A DNA stretch of 62,000 nt. Origin: Wallemia ichthyophaga EXF-994. Its lineage: Eukaryota > Fungi > Basidiomycota. Position 1 is the stretch's first letter, and each line of letters begins with the position of its first letter. The stretch lies in NCBI RefSeq assembly GCF_000400465.1, contig NW_008806284.1, positions 1 to 62,000 on the forward strand, read 5' to 3'. Positions 48,105-59,694 of this stretch are shown here, piece by piece. The notes below the pieces were generated by a model. The model saw only the letters and a list, made by a program, of their open reading frames with translations. It did no database searches and had not been told where the DNA came from. The position numbers were made by a program, and so were the translations under genes.

Positions 48105-48906
48105 ATGATGCTCTGGAGATGTTGTTGGCGGCGGAGGAAAGACAGCAATGATATAAACAACTCCGAGCAGGATGAGCGTACGCGGTTGCTGGACAATGAA
48201 GGAGGTGGTACTAGTGGTGGTGGATCTACGTGAGTTCACAAACCGCTAACACACACCCACTCACCCTTAGTAAATCAGTTACAGCCCAGCGCTACCACCA
48301 GCCACACCAAGCTACAGTCGAAGCCACAGCCATGCTCCCGACTCACAAACCACTGAGAACGACAAGGACACAGCGTCGCTTAACGATATAGTCAGCAAGG
48401 CTTCAGAACAAATGGTCAACATCACAAACTCCAATTCCTCTCTTAAAGCTGCAACGAGCATCCATAGCCTCAGGGATCTTAATTGCCTGTCTAACTGGCT
48501 GCAAGGTGATCCAATCAAGCTGGATAAGGCAACAGACCGCGAACAGGAGCTCATCAAAGATACAGCTTCTGGTCTAGCTGAAGTGTTTGAAAATGCGTTC
48601 GATTTCTCGCTCTCACAGTCAAATAGCGAGGCTAGCTCGAGGAGAGGGAGCATGAAGAGTGAGGGGATTGACGATAAGGGTGGTATTGGTAGTGGTAGCA
48701 AGAGCAACAGCAGGCCTAATAGCATTAACAACAACACCACCACTAACACTACCATCAACTCCTCTGAACAGCACGGTTTGTCATTCAATCAACGCCGTTT
48801 ATCGTTAGATGAACAATCAATGCATGAAGAGTTTGAGAATACACCAAGACAGACACTATCATCAACGCCACGCAATACACACAATACACGCGACAACGTT
48901 TCTTAG
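48105..48906 (+). CDS. LAMTOR1/Ego1(Meh1)-like vacuolar TORC1 anchor
   Basis: N-terminal CC plus basic residues, acidic dileucine DERTRLL, and LNDIVSKASEQMVNI resembling the LAMTOR helix. Intron at 48230-48278. Confidence 0.55.
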
Positions 48907-48909
48907 TTT

Positions 48910-49858
48910 TTACTCCGTCAACATTCTATACCCCTCGTAATACTTGTCGGCGGTTTTATTGACAATATCTTCCGGTATAACTGGTCCGACTGGGCTGTTC
49001 TTGTCGAAACCAACAGATTTCAACCAGTCACGTACATATTGCTTGTCGAATGAGTCAACACCCTTACCAACTTGGTAACCCGCCACTGGCCAGAAGCGTG
49101 AGCTGTCTGGGGTGAGAATCTCGTCAACGACGAGTAGGTTACCCTGTGCGTCCACACCGAATTCCAACTTGGTGTCTGCCAAGATGATTCCCTTGGTTGA
49201 GGCATACTCAGACGCCGACAAGTATATCTTGATAGCAGCCTCCTCGATTCTTTTAGCGAGTGGTTGTGGAATTAGCTTTCGGTACTCTTCTAGTGAGATA
49301 TTCTCGTCGTGATCGCCTTGATCTGCCTTTGTGGAGGGAGTGAAGAGAGGGTGGTCGAATTTTTCACTTTCTTGCATACCAGATTTAACAGGAGCGCCAT
49401 TGACAGTGCCAGATTTCTTATACTCGCTCCACGCTGAACCAGTAATGTAACCTCTGACGATGGCTTCGATTTTGACAATATCGCACTTCTTTACCTGCAG
49501 AGTGCGATCTTTAAGGGAGTCTATGGCGCTTGCAGGGAGGCCCATTTTCTCTACATTCTTCTCTAGCAAGTGATGGCCGACGTGGGTGCCGTCGCTGAGA
49601 ATAATCGGGAAAAGCTTATCGAACCAGAAAGTGGAAAGTTGAGTGAGCAGCCTGCCCTTATTTGGGATGCCCTGGGTGAGTTAGCAGGCGCACAGCCATA
49701 CACACACTACTCACACTCGACAAGATAACGTCAAATGCAGAAATCCTATCCGTAGCGACGAAGAGGAGTGTGTCATTGTAGTCGTAAAGATCCCGCACTT
49801 TCCCAGTTGAAATCTTTTTAAACTCTTTTAAATCGGTGGATGTAATCGGCGCTTCCAT
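48910..49858 (-). CDS. ADE1: SAICAR synthase (phosphoribosylaminoimidazole-succinocarboxamide synthase)
   Basis: [54 protein letters not shown] and [10 protein letters not shown]. Intron at 49672-49714. Confidence 0.97.
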
Positions 49859-49896
49859 TGGTGGTCTTGTTGAAACAACCAACACAACTCATCGTA

Positions 49897-50583
49897 ATGG
49901 GGGAATATGAATATTTTGGATTCGATTTGAGTTTCTTATCGAGTATTTTGGGTGTGTTTATCATCGTCGGCAGCAGCTTAATCAAGCTACCACAGCTGTA
50001 CACGCTTTATCGCACTGGATCGAGTAATGGACTCAGTTTGAGTGCCTTCTCATTAGAAGCAGTGGCGTACTTTATAAACTACGTCTACGGATACTCTCAT
50101 TCATACCCATTCACGACATACGGCGAGAATCTCACACTGACATTCCAAAACATAGCCATTATAGGGTGTATAATGCGAAGAAAGGTGTATACTGTAATAT
50201 TCGCAGCAATCACTTTCTCATTCCTACTCACCCCGAAACCGCTAATCGACATGACATTCCAACTGTCGATTCCACTCAGTCTGGCGAGCAAACTACCACA
50301 AATACACGCCAACCACCGCAACGCTTCGACTGGATCGCTCTCTCCTATCACTACACTCGCTCAGCTCGGCGGGTGCTGCGTGCGCGTCTTGACCAGTGTG
50401 CATAATGCCGGCGACATACCCATGACTATCTCCTTCGCTGGAGCTGCCCTCTTAAATGGCATCCTCCTCGCTCAAATTGTCCTGTACGCGCGCAATCGCA
50501 GTGTTTACTTACCATCACATACCGCGCAAATTTTACACCCCTCCAATACCAACGAAAAGAGTGGGAAGAGCAGACGTGATTAG
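49897..50583 (+). CDS. PQ-loop protein, MPDU1/Lec35-like
   Basis: SSLIKLPQL..GLS, PFTTYGEN, SKLPQI..N..STGSLS. Two PQ loops. Confidence 0.85.
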   Translation: MGEYEYFGFDLSFLSSILGVFIIVGSSLIKLPQLYTLYRTGSSNGLSLSAFSLEAVAYFINYVYGYSHSYPFTTYGENLTLTFQNIAIIGCIMRRKVYTVIFAAITFSFLLTPKPLIDMTFQLSIPLSLASKLPQIHANHRNASTGSLSPITTLAQLGGCCVRVLTSVHNAGDIPMTISFAGAALLNGILLAQIVLYARNRSVYLPSHTAQILHPSNTNEKSGKSRRD

Positions 50584-50809
50584 AAGGCTGTTTGTAAAGG
50601 TATAAAATTCGCATTGCATAATACACTACGACAAAAGGAAAAAGCATCAAACAACTCAAATAAGCAATCCAACGTATTCAAGTTACAATATAGAAATTTC
50701 ATCCAAATTAGTGTGTGTGTGACTTTGTATATAAATGCGTAGTATGTACTATCTATAATCAGGAAGAAAGGTGAGCAAAAAGAGTGAAAGTATCTATCCT
50801 CAGACGCCA

Positions 50810-53007
50810 TCAAGTGTCTGGCGCGAACTTGGACATGGAGCGCAGCTTACTGATATTGTATTGTTAGTATAGTCCACACCTACGCACATCAACTCACGGT
50901 CCAAATTTGATCAGTCCGAACGGAATAAAAGACAAGAGAATGGCGAGACATCCCAACAACGTCGATGCCCATCTGGGATTGAGGCGTTCGAACATCTGTG
51001 CCGCAAAGAGTGGGAATCCAGCGCCGAAAGCGGATCTGAATGGGATGTGAATGTGAGTAAAGGTGTCCAAAAATGCCCTAAGACAGTCTCAAAAACACTC
51101 CACCCACCTAATAACAGTGTTTGCAGCGAGTGCCGAACCTGCTGACCAAAGATACGTGTCGATAATGTAGTTGAAGAGGGAGAGGAAAACGAAGAGGATA
51201 CCTATTCCTATGAGAGAAGTGGCTATGAGGGGCGACCAGAACGATATGCTGGGGTAGCTAGTCCACCCAAACCAGAAGAAGGCAATGGCGAAGACTATGC
51301 CACCCAATGCGCCAGGGTACAGTCTCATCTCTGGATCAGGCAGCTTAGGGGCGGTTTTTTCGAGTGCCTTGGTGTATCTGAACGACATACCAGTAAGAAA
51401 CAGTTGCCCCACTCGTGTTCTCGCTACTCACTGTGGGTTAAAGTAGAGAATATTGATGGTGCATGCGATGAAACCTCCAATGAACAGCGGCAGGAACATC
51501 AATCCTTGTATGCCCTTATTGAAACCGTGTCCTGGGGCACCATATACGAACGGGAAACTGTTGCAATGAGTTAGTTTGGTGCGTCCAAACGCAAGCCCTA
51601 ACTCACGACTCGAAGAGGAGATAGAGAATACCATAAACGAAGCTCATGAAGAGTGTCAAAGCAGAGAGCATTGGCTCATAAGCGAGGAGAATAAACGGCT
51701 TGAAAATGGTATTGTGGATGGTGCTCTTGAAATCCGTTTTGCGGAGGTCGAGCGGAGATTTGTACCTGTCATCGCCCGTCTCCTTACGCTTCTGCTTGGC
51801 AATGCGTGCTAGGAGGGCAGGAGCGTATGTCTCGGGCAAGACTAATCCCAGGAGAAGAGTGCAGAAGCCGGCGAAAGCAAAGAGAGCCCAAAAGAGTATG
51901 CGCCAGTCAGCGCCCGCTGCAGCTATAAAGCCTGATATGACGGGGGCTATGGCGGGGCCGGCGAAGGGGGCGAGAGCGAAAACAGACATGGCTGGGCACC
52001 GTGTGTTAGTTGATACAATAGGTGTCTTATGCATGCGTACCAATTCCGCGTGCTGTTTTTGTTCAAGTCAGTAAGTTCTCATTTAAACATAACAACTCCA
52101 ACCCACTCTTGGGGTCCCAGAGGTCACTGATGACAGCACCGCAGACAACCAGCGGCGATGCACCTGTGTAGAGGTATATTTCAATAAAAGGGTCATTCAC
52201 TCAGCATCAACACCTACCGAAACAACCTGTAAGGAAACGAAACACAAGAATAGAGCCGGTGTTGGGTGAGAGCGCGCAACCGATAGTAAGTAAGGTATAA
52301 GGAATGAAAGCCATCAGCATGCCATTTTTACGCCCAAGGGTGGTTTCCGAGAGAGGGCCCCAGAGAAGGGGACCGACAGTGTAACCCGCGACGAAGAGAC
52401 TAACGGCGAGAGTAGCGACCTCGCGGGAGAAACCAAACTCGGCCATTAGTTCTTGTGAGATGCCCGACGGTGCACTACTTGAGAAGGTGGAGTTGAGGAC
52501 GAGTAGGCCAGCAATGAAGGTTAGGAGCCAGCGATAATTAGTGTTCCAGTTTTTGGGATTGCGCGTATCACCATCGTCGAACTTGTCGATCATGAATGGA
52601 TCACTCTTCTCCTCCTCAATAACCTCCTCGGCATCCTCGCCAATGTCGCTGTGGCTGCCGCGTTCGACGTCTTTGCCGAATGCGATGTCGGGGGGGAGGA
52701 CTAGGTCAGTGGCGCCGGCTAGCTCAGCCCCGACACTCGGCAATGGCACACTATCCCTGCGTAGCCCCTTCAAGCTGTCATTCGTCGGCGTTGGATAGAG
52801 ACTGCCTGCGGAAGACTTGCGGTTAATGGATCTGTTGCGTTTAATGGAGGATTGTCGTGCGAAGTTGGCGTCTGGCAGGGTAACTGAGTGGTTGATTGGT
52901 GGTTTAGTTGGTGGATGTTGTAGTGGCTGTTGTGGTTGTTGTGGCTGCTCTGGATGCTGTGGTTGCCTTTGCTGCTGCTGCTCTATCTGCTTCTCATTAT
53001 CAACCAT
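50810..53007 (-). CDS. MFS multidrug/polyamine antiporter (DHA1 family, Tpo1/Flr1-like)
   Basis: NPKNWN, SLFVAGY..GPLLWGPLSE..GRK, FRFLTGCFG, GPAIAPVISG, WRILFW, PETYAP.LL and FPLFAAQMF. Confidence 0.92.
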
Positions 53008-53321
53008 TCCTAGTTTAAATTGAAATTGAAATTGAGACTGTTATATAAATAGGATGTTGCAGTTACACTCAAAGAACTGCGACCGTCATTTTACCGGATA
53101 TATGTATTGGAGACATGGACCCAATGGCGGGGCCGTAGAGCGTTCTATCGGCGTTGATTGTGGGGATGTGTGGGATGTTTGGGATGTTTATGTGTGTCAA
53201 TTCCATACTGGCACTCCTCCCACTCCTCCCACTTTCGCCGGATTTGATTTGATAAATTGAAATTCTTACGCACGAGAGGTAAGATACGTGCGTAAACAAG
53301 CACCACGACAAGAACCACCAA

Positions 53322-54017
53322 ATGTACCATCTTCTTCGAGGACTCTACACAGAGCTCACACGGCAGACAGAGTACTCGATACTGGTTATTGGTTTGAATG
53401 GCAGTGGCAAGACGACGTTCGTTGAGCATGCTAAAGAGATGTACACAGGCAAGCCACGCTACGAATCTGGTCCAACGATAGGCCAGAATGGTGAGAATAG
53501 ATTTGGTATCTAGATAAACATTATAACACCTCATTCAGTCGTAAAATTACCCGTCAGTAACACTATCCTCCATTTCTGGGATCTCGGTGGTTCATCGGAA
53601 TTTACAAATCTGTGGGATAGGTACTATGGTGACGCACAGGCTGTACTGTTCTTTATAGATGGCACGGACACTCAACGATTGAAAGAAAGTTGGGAGATAT
53701 TCGAGACACTGAAAACACACAGTGATCTACAAGGCATACCAATAGTAGTGTGTGCAACTAAACAGGATAAACAAGGTGCCATGTCTGCAGCTGATATTGA
53801 GAAAAAGTTCATCGACTACTCAAACAATACGCCTAATATACCTTACACCAGTCTAAGCAGCTTGAGTGAGAGGCTGGAGAACAGTCACAGTCATAGCAAT
53901 CAACACAACGACGATAAACGCAATCTAATCCTCAACCTCGTCAACACTGATCAGTCATCGATTAAGAGCGTAATTGATGCTTTGTTTGTGAGAGTACAAA
54001 CGTCTCCGAGGGGTTGA
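53322..54017 (+). CDS. ARL3: ARF-related small GTPase ARFRP1/Arl3
   Basis: MYHLLRGLY..EYSILVIGL..SGKTTF, PTIGQN|V, FWDLGG, LWDRYY and TKQD. Confidence 0.85.
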
Positions 54018-54138
54018 GAGAGGTATGAACACGAATTATGAATACAGGATTTGAACAGTTTTAACGAAATATAAACACAACACGTAAACACAGTTATAAA
54101 CATACATATGATATAAACACACTAAACAATCCCGCAAT

Positions 54139-54710
54139 CTACTTCAACACAGTCTCAGACCTGCGTATTGCCAGAAATTGCTGGACAGACGACGGCTGGA
54201 GTGTCTTGATGACGTCATAAACCTGCATGCTATTATAACGCAGGCGTGTGCGAGGATCCGTGTATTCACCCAAAAGACCAGTGACATCGCAGTATTTGCC
54301 AGGTGGGAGAAGTGAAGGGGGACACTCAATAGTGAACCAATTTGTGAGATTCTCGGGAAGTGAAGAGAGTTGCTGAATCTCATCTTCAGTGGCCTGTACA
54401 AGGCCATTCTTAACATCCTCCAGTCGCTGTCTTCCCTCTTTGAGACCTTCTAACTGCTGCCTCTCGCGCTCCCTCTCGATGGCCATCACCTGCTTGAATA
54501 TCTTGTTACGCTTGGTGTTGCTCCAATTTGGATTCTTGAATGGCCGCGGCGATTCGTAGAAATTGTAATAATCCACCACTTTGTCGGGTGGTTGGGGGGT
54601 GGACGATGTGGACGCAGACGCGGATGATTGGCGTGGTTTCTTGCGTGGTGGCCTAGAGCGTATTATTGTAAGCTATTTCATTGGCTATAATTATGGTTTT
54701 GTAAATACAT
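54139..54710 (-). CDS. IES6: INO80 complex subunit Ies6 (YL1-C domain)
   Basis: RPFKNPNW, WFTIECPPSLLP..KYCDVTGL...YTDPRTRLRY. The start is rebuilt as AT|G across intron 54653-54708. Confidence 0.9.
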
Positions 54711-54760
54711 TTTATCCTTCTATCCTTCTATCGCGGCGACGGTGACAAAGAAGGAAGAAT

Positions 54761-55280
54761 ATGTGGTGGGTGCCTAATATCAATTAAATCTCACCTCACA
54801 CTCCACACCTAAGCAAACACGTCCTCAACGCACAAGCAGCAATACGCTCTCCATGCTGCAGAAAGTGGTTCGATGTGAGCAGCTTCTATGGTACAATACA
54901 ACTAACTCAAATCACATTAAAGTGCCCAGAATGCCATGAAGAAAAGGAAGACCATCCCCTCGCTAAATCCATTGAATTGTCCTTCATGTGCAAGAAATGC
55001 AAGCGCGCATTTAGGAAGGATATGACTGTATTTGAAGAGAGCGATGAGTATTGCCCTCACTGTGATAATCATTTTGTAGGTGTTCTTAGGATTACTTGTA
55101 GTAACCCTCACTCATCCCTCACACTAGGTCATCGACGCTAAAACACCAGAAGCTGCACTGATGGTCGAAGGTGAAGATGCACGCGTCGATAACAGGATCA
55201 TCAAAGACGAGAGAGCCAAGATCGATCCAGAGAGGACTATCAACGCCCGCAATGCTGAGTTGAGTGATAGAGTTGGATAG
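54761..55280 (+). CDS. CHY-type zinc-finger protein (Hot13-like family)
   Basis: MC|KHVLNAQAAIRSPCCRKWFD|CPECH..HPL..FMCKKCKRAFRKD..DEYCPHCDNHF|VIDAKTP. Confidence 0.85.
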
Positions 55281-55351
55281 TTTGTCGTGTCGTATATCTT
55301 TGGATATTTGTAAATTGTATTATGTATACTCATTCTGCCTCTTTACTCATT

Positions 55352-56293
55352 CTAGTTTATCTCTATAATCATTTGTTTGTCTTCTCCTTGATCTTGTTTG
55401 GATATGTTTGAGTCGCTCGAGTCACTCGAATCGCTCGAATCGCTAGACACACTACTTGTATCACTATCACTATCACTGTCACTGATACTTTCATCAAACT
55501 TCATCACCTCCTTCGTCCTCCACCGCGTCTCTAGCGGCACATCCGACACCATGAGCACTGCAAAATCTATCACTACCGTGCCCCTCAAAGCCTCTATAAT
55601 CTCTTCATCTAGCTGCGTTCGTACATTCTGCCCGTCCTGGCTCTTTATGTAGAAATGGAGAGTGTGGAGGCGATGTTGATCGATATAGCCCGCCTTTTGC
55701 GTGAGGATGTATTCCACACTCATACACTGGGGTATTCCATGCACGACCACCTTCTCACTTTCCTTCTCCTTTACATTCTCACCCAAACTCACCAGACTCA
55801 CCACCTCCACACTCAAATTGAGCTGAGCAGACCGGGCATCCCAGTGCGTGCGATCCCGTCGCCGTCTCTCCATACCGAGCGGACTAAGGAGGAGTTCGAT
55901 GCCCTCGTTTGCGAAGGAGGACTGCATTCTGAGTGCTTTGGCGTGTGGGTGGTGTGGGTGGTGCTGGTGCTGGTTATGAGGATGATGATGTTGTTGCTGC
56001 TGCCCATGAGCCACATGAACCCCTGCTGGTGCCTTTTTCCCTGCCTCCTCCACTTCCCGCTTCGCCTCCTCTAGCAGGGCATAGTCATTTACCAAATCCA
56101 TATGCTTGTAGTCCTTCATCGCTATATATGCCGTCTTGTCCCGCTCTCCGCTGCATCCACGCTCTTCTTTGTGCCTGCGACTGCACGCGAGTGAACAGCT
56201 GCGTAACGTGCATCGCGGACACTTGTATTTCGACACTGCCCCGCATAGCTCACACAAGCTCGTTTGGGAGAAGATGTTGTCTATTTCTGCCAT
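55352..56293 (-). CDS. BCD1: Box C/D snoRNP assembly factor Bcd1/ZNHIT6 (zf-HIT)
   Basis: CELC...KYKCPRC..RSCSLACSRRHK...CSGERDK, DLVNDY.LLE, P.GMERRR.DRTHWD and LRG.VVIDF. Confidence 0.88.
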   Translation of the reverse strand: MAEIDNIFSQTSLCELCGAVSKYKCPRCTLRSCSLACSRRHKEERGCSGERDKTAYIAMKDYKHMDLVNDYALLEEAKREVEEAGKKAPAGVHVAHGQQQQHHHPHNQHQHHPHHPHAKALRMQSSFANEGIELLLSPLGMERRRRDRTHWDARSAQLNLSVEVVSLVSLGENVKEKESEKVVVHGIPQCMSVEYILTQKAGYIDQHRLHTLHFYIKSQDGQNVRTQLDEEIIEALRGTVVIDFAVLMVSDVPLETRWRTKEVMKFDESISDSDSDSDTSSVSSDSSDSSDSSDSNISKQDQGEDKQMIIEIN

Positions 56294-56437
56294 TGTTCGA
56301 TTGTGATGGTGGTGCACCAAGAAGATTACATCACTCTGATAAGATTAAAGTGGAGAGTGTCTTCATGGTGTATATATGTACGATCGTTCACTCAAAAAAA
56401 ACACATTTACTCTAAGATCGAAAATTTTTGCATGATT

Positions 56438-56784
56438 TCACAATATACTTAAGCCAAACAAGTCAACGGGTTGCCAGAATCGATAGTATACTCGAAGATA
56501 TCAGCATAAGTCCCACAGCTGTCCTCCACCCTTACCGACATCCACTAACATAAACATAAACTTCAAAAAGTGCATCAAGAAGAAATACATACCGAGGATG
56601 AAGGCTGCTGAATGTTTGAGCATGGAAACCTAATTCAACATTTTGCCGTTTATGACATCAATTGCGTCACGGCAAAGCTAGTATCCAGTGAAATAAATCT
56701 TCCACATAGCGCAGTCTGGATTACACCAGAGTTATTCGCCACCAGTCTAATAAGAAATTGCAATTCACTGACTTGCTCAACCAT
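56438..56784 (-). CDS. Candidate spliced micro-gene (small hydrophobic peptide)
   Basis: Canonical introns of 48 nt (GTATGT, 56545-56592) and 45 nt (GTAAGG, 56491-56535) flank a 9-nt exon and keep an open frame to TGA at 56438-40. Confidence 0.3.
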
Positions 56785-56899
56785 CTTATATGCTAAAGAG
56801 TGCACCAGTATTTAAAGCTTTCAGCCAAATTTCGCTGATTTGAGATCGGGAAGATAAAATACATTGATATACAAATAAAATACACATGGTAGAACCTTT

Positions 56900-57334
<435 letters not shown>

Positions 57335-57393
57335 TTAATGTTTTTCACAGGGAGGGACATACGGCTTAAATAGTGGCGCGCGTCGTTGAATCA

Positions 57394-57554
57394 TTTTCCA
57401 CTTGGGATCACGCGCAAATCAGAATTTGTGGTGGCGGGCGGGAGTGAATGCGAGTAGTGTACAAAAAAAGGTTAATCTGACAGCCAAAAATTTAGGCTAT
57501 CTGGTGATTTGTATTGATCTCAGATTTTCCCACTTTACATAGCAGGATCACGCG
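57394..57554. promoter_or_regulatory. Duplicated motif in the H3/H4 bidirectional promoter, containing an MCB-like ACGCG(T)
   Basis: ATTTTCC(C)ACTT...GGATCACGCG occurs twice, with GGATCACGCG at 57405 and 57545. Confidence 0.55.
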
Positions 57555-57620
57555 TTTTATAAAAAAAAAACAAATGATTTGATCAGATCGTGATCTCTAG
57601 CGCGCGCTGCAAATGCATAA

Positions 57621-58027
<407 letters not shown>

Positions 58028-58284
58028 TTCTCCCATTATATTTACCATCGCATCTATTCCTGTATTAGTAGTCTAGCATACAAATAACTTTATATTGATC
58101 ATCTTCCGACCCGTTAGAACTGCTTAAACATTTTCCGCTTTAACCGCGCGCGTAGCACCGAGGAACGGTAATGAATGTTTATTGTATATATCTAACTTGA
58201 TAGGTAAACAACGCACATTCCAATTTAATAATTTCTGCAGGTTTATTTGATTATTCTATCTCTTCTTGCGGTGTTCCGATCGCG

Positions 58285-59517
58285 ATGCCGCTCCAAAAGT
58301 CGTCGCTCACAATAGACCTGCCCAACACGCACAATGTAATAGTACTCAAAGAGCCAGCGTTCCTTTCCAGCAGTCGCGTGCCCAACTACAGTTCGCAGGA
58401 GGTGTATGAGCTGCGCGGTACGCTTGAGCTCTTTCTGCCTGCGCGGCGGCGCATACGAAGCATACAAGTAAAGCTGCAGAATGTCGAAGAGGCAGTAGTC
58501 CACGGTCGCATGAGTCGGCGGTTAGTCCTTGACGAGACGCTCGAAGTGAGCGTGGACGAGGAGGGGCTAGATCGCGGCGTGCATATATACGAGTTCAACC
58601 TTCGCATAGACAGCCGCACGCCCAACTACGACAGACATCCACGCGGCGGGACGATGCAATACCTCGAAGCGACGGTACAGTTTCACGAGCTGTTTTCGCG
58701 CGCCCTCACACGGCGGATCCCACTCATATTCGTCTCACACCCGAATGGGGAGGGCTTCATACCACTCGATCACGTTCACCGTGACTACGTTGATGATCTG
58801 GGACCACTAGAGGTCAGCTTCAAGACGCAGCATCTCACCATTGCTGGGTATATAATGGTCGAGATGTATCTGCCTAGTCCAGCGCCCGCGCTCGAGATTA
58901 AAGGGCTGAGTGTGACCCTGGAGCAGCACACGAGCATTCATGATAACGGTCACCTCGTTGAGACGTTGCCTGTCGATACACACACGTTGCTGGAAAAGGG
59001 CGGGCGGGAGGACTGCTTAATGCGCGCACCCAACCACAGCGCTGCTATTAGATGCTTCTACTACGTCAAACTCCCCACAGACGATTACTGCAGACCATCT
59101 ACACTTGAATGGTCGATGGCCCGGCTGCGCCATCAACATTTCATTAAATTCGATTTGCTCTACAAGAAGGAAAAGCTGCGGTGCGCGAGTGTTAACGTAC
59201 CAGTCATCTTACCACAGTGCCTTCTCTCGGTCGACAGTGTCACCCTGCCCACTTATAGCGACGCCGGCTATCCAGTCCCTTCAAAACGCCTCTGGGATCA
59301 GCCCCTGCCCCAATACTACAACAACTGCAGCTGTGGTAAAGACTCACTTACCCTCAAAGCAGACGCCGAGGGAGTGCAGAATCTTGATAAATTCACCCCA
59401 AAGAAACAGGGCATCTGGCTCACCGATCTGAGACACAAAGAGGAAAGCATATCGTCGAGAGATTCGTATGAGGAGATACGCGCAGCGAAGCGTGTGAATG
59501 AGTATGTAGTGGAGTAA
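58285..59517 (+). CDS. Arrestin-like (alpha-arrestin/ART) adaptor protein
   Basis: ELRGTLEL...IRSIQVKL, G.HIYEF.L.I, a second beta-sandwich and a C-terminal LPxY (LPTY) motif. Intronless. Confidence 0.6.
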   Translation: MPLQKSSLTIDLPNTHNVIVLKEPAFLSSSRVPNYSSQEVYELRGTLELFLPARRRIRSIQVKLQNVEEAVVHGRMSRRLVLDETLEVSVDEEGLDRGVHIYEFNLRIDSRTPNYDRHPRGGTMQYLEATVQFHELFSRALTRRIPLIFVSHPNGEGFIPLDHVHRDYVDDLGPLEVSFKTQHLTIAGYIMVEMYLPSPAPALEIKGLSVTLEQHTSIHDNGHLVETLPVDTHTLLEKGGREDCLMRAPNHSAAIRCFYYVKLPTDDYCRPSTLEWSMARLRHQHFIKFDLLYKKEKLRCASVNVPVILPQCLLSVDSVTLPTYSDAGYPVPSKRLWDQPLPQYYNNCSCGKDSLTLKADAEGVQNLDKFTPKKQGIWLTDLRHKEESISSRDSYEEIRAAKRVNEYVVE

Positions 59518-59694
59518 CAAGTGATCAAGTGATCAACTAATTCAAGGATTTTGTAATTTTTCAACAAAGGATGTATTACTATTTTACAGTTTTTACAGTG
59601 ATTCCGGTGTGTGCTTTGTGTGCAGTGAGTACGCTAGTATGCCAATGAGCCAATGTAATTGTATACTTTACTTTCCTGCGCGCATCCACTCTGC

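Noticed and set aside
53069-53206. uORF (MELTHINIP..) upstream of the MFS transporter
   Set aside because: It lies upstream of the TATA-like TATTTATATAA (~53040-53050, minus strand), so it is probably not in the mRNA.
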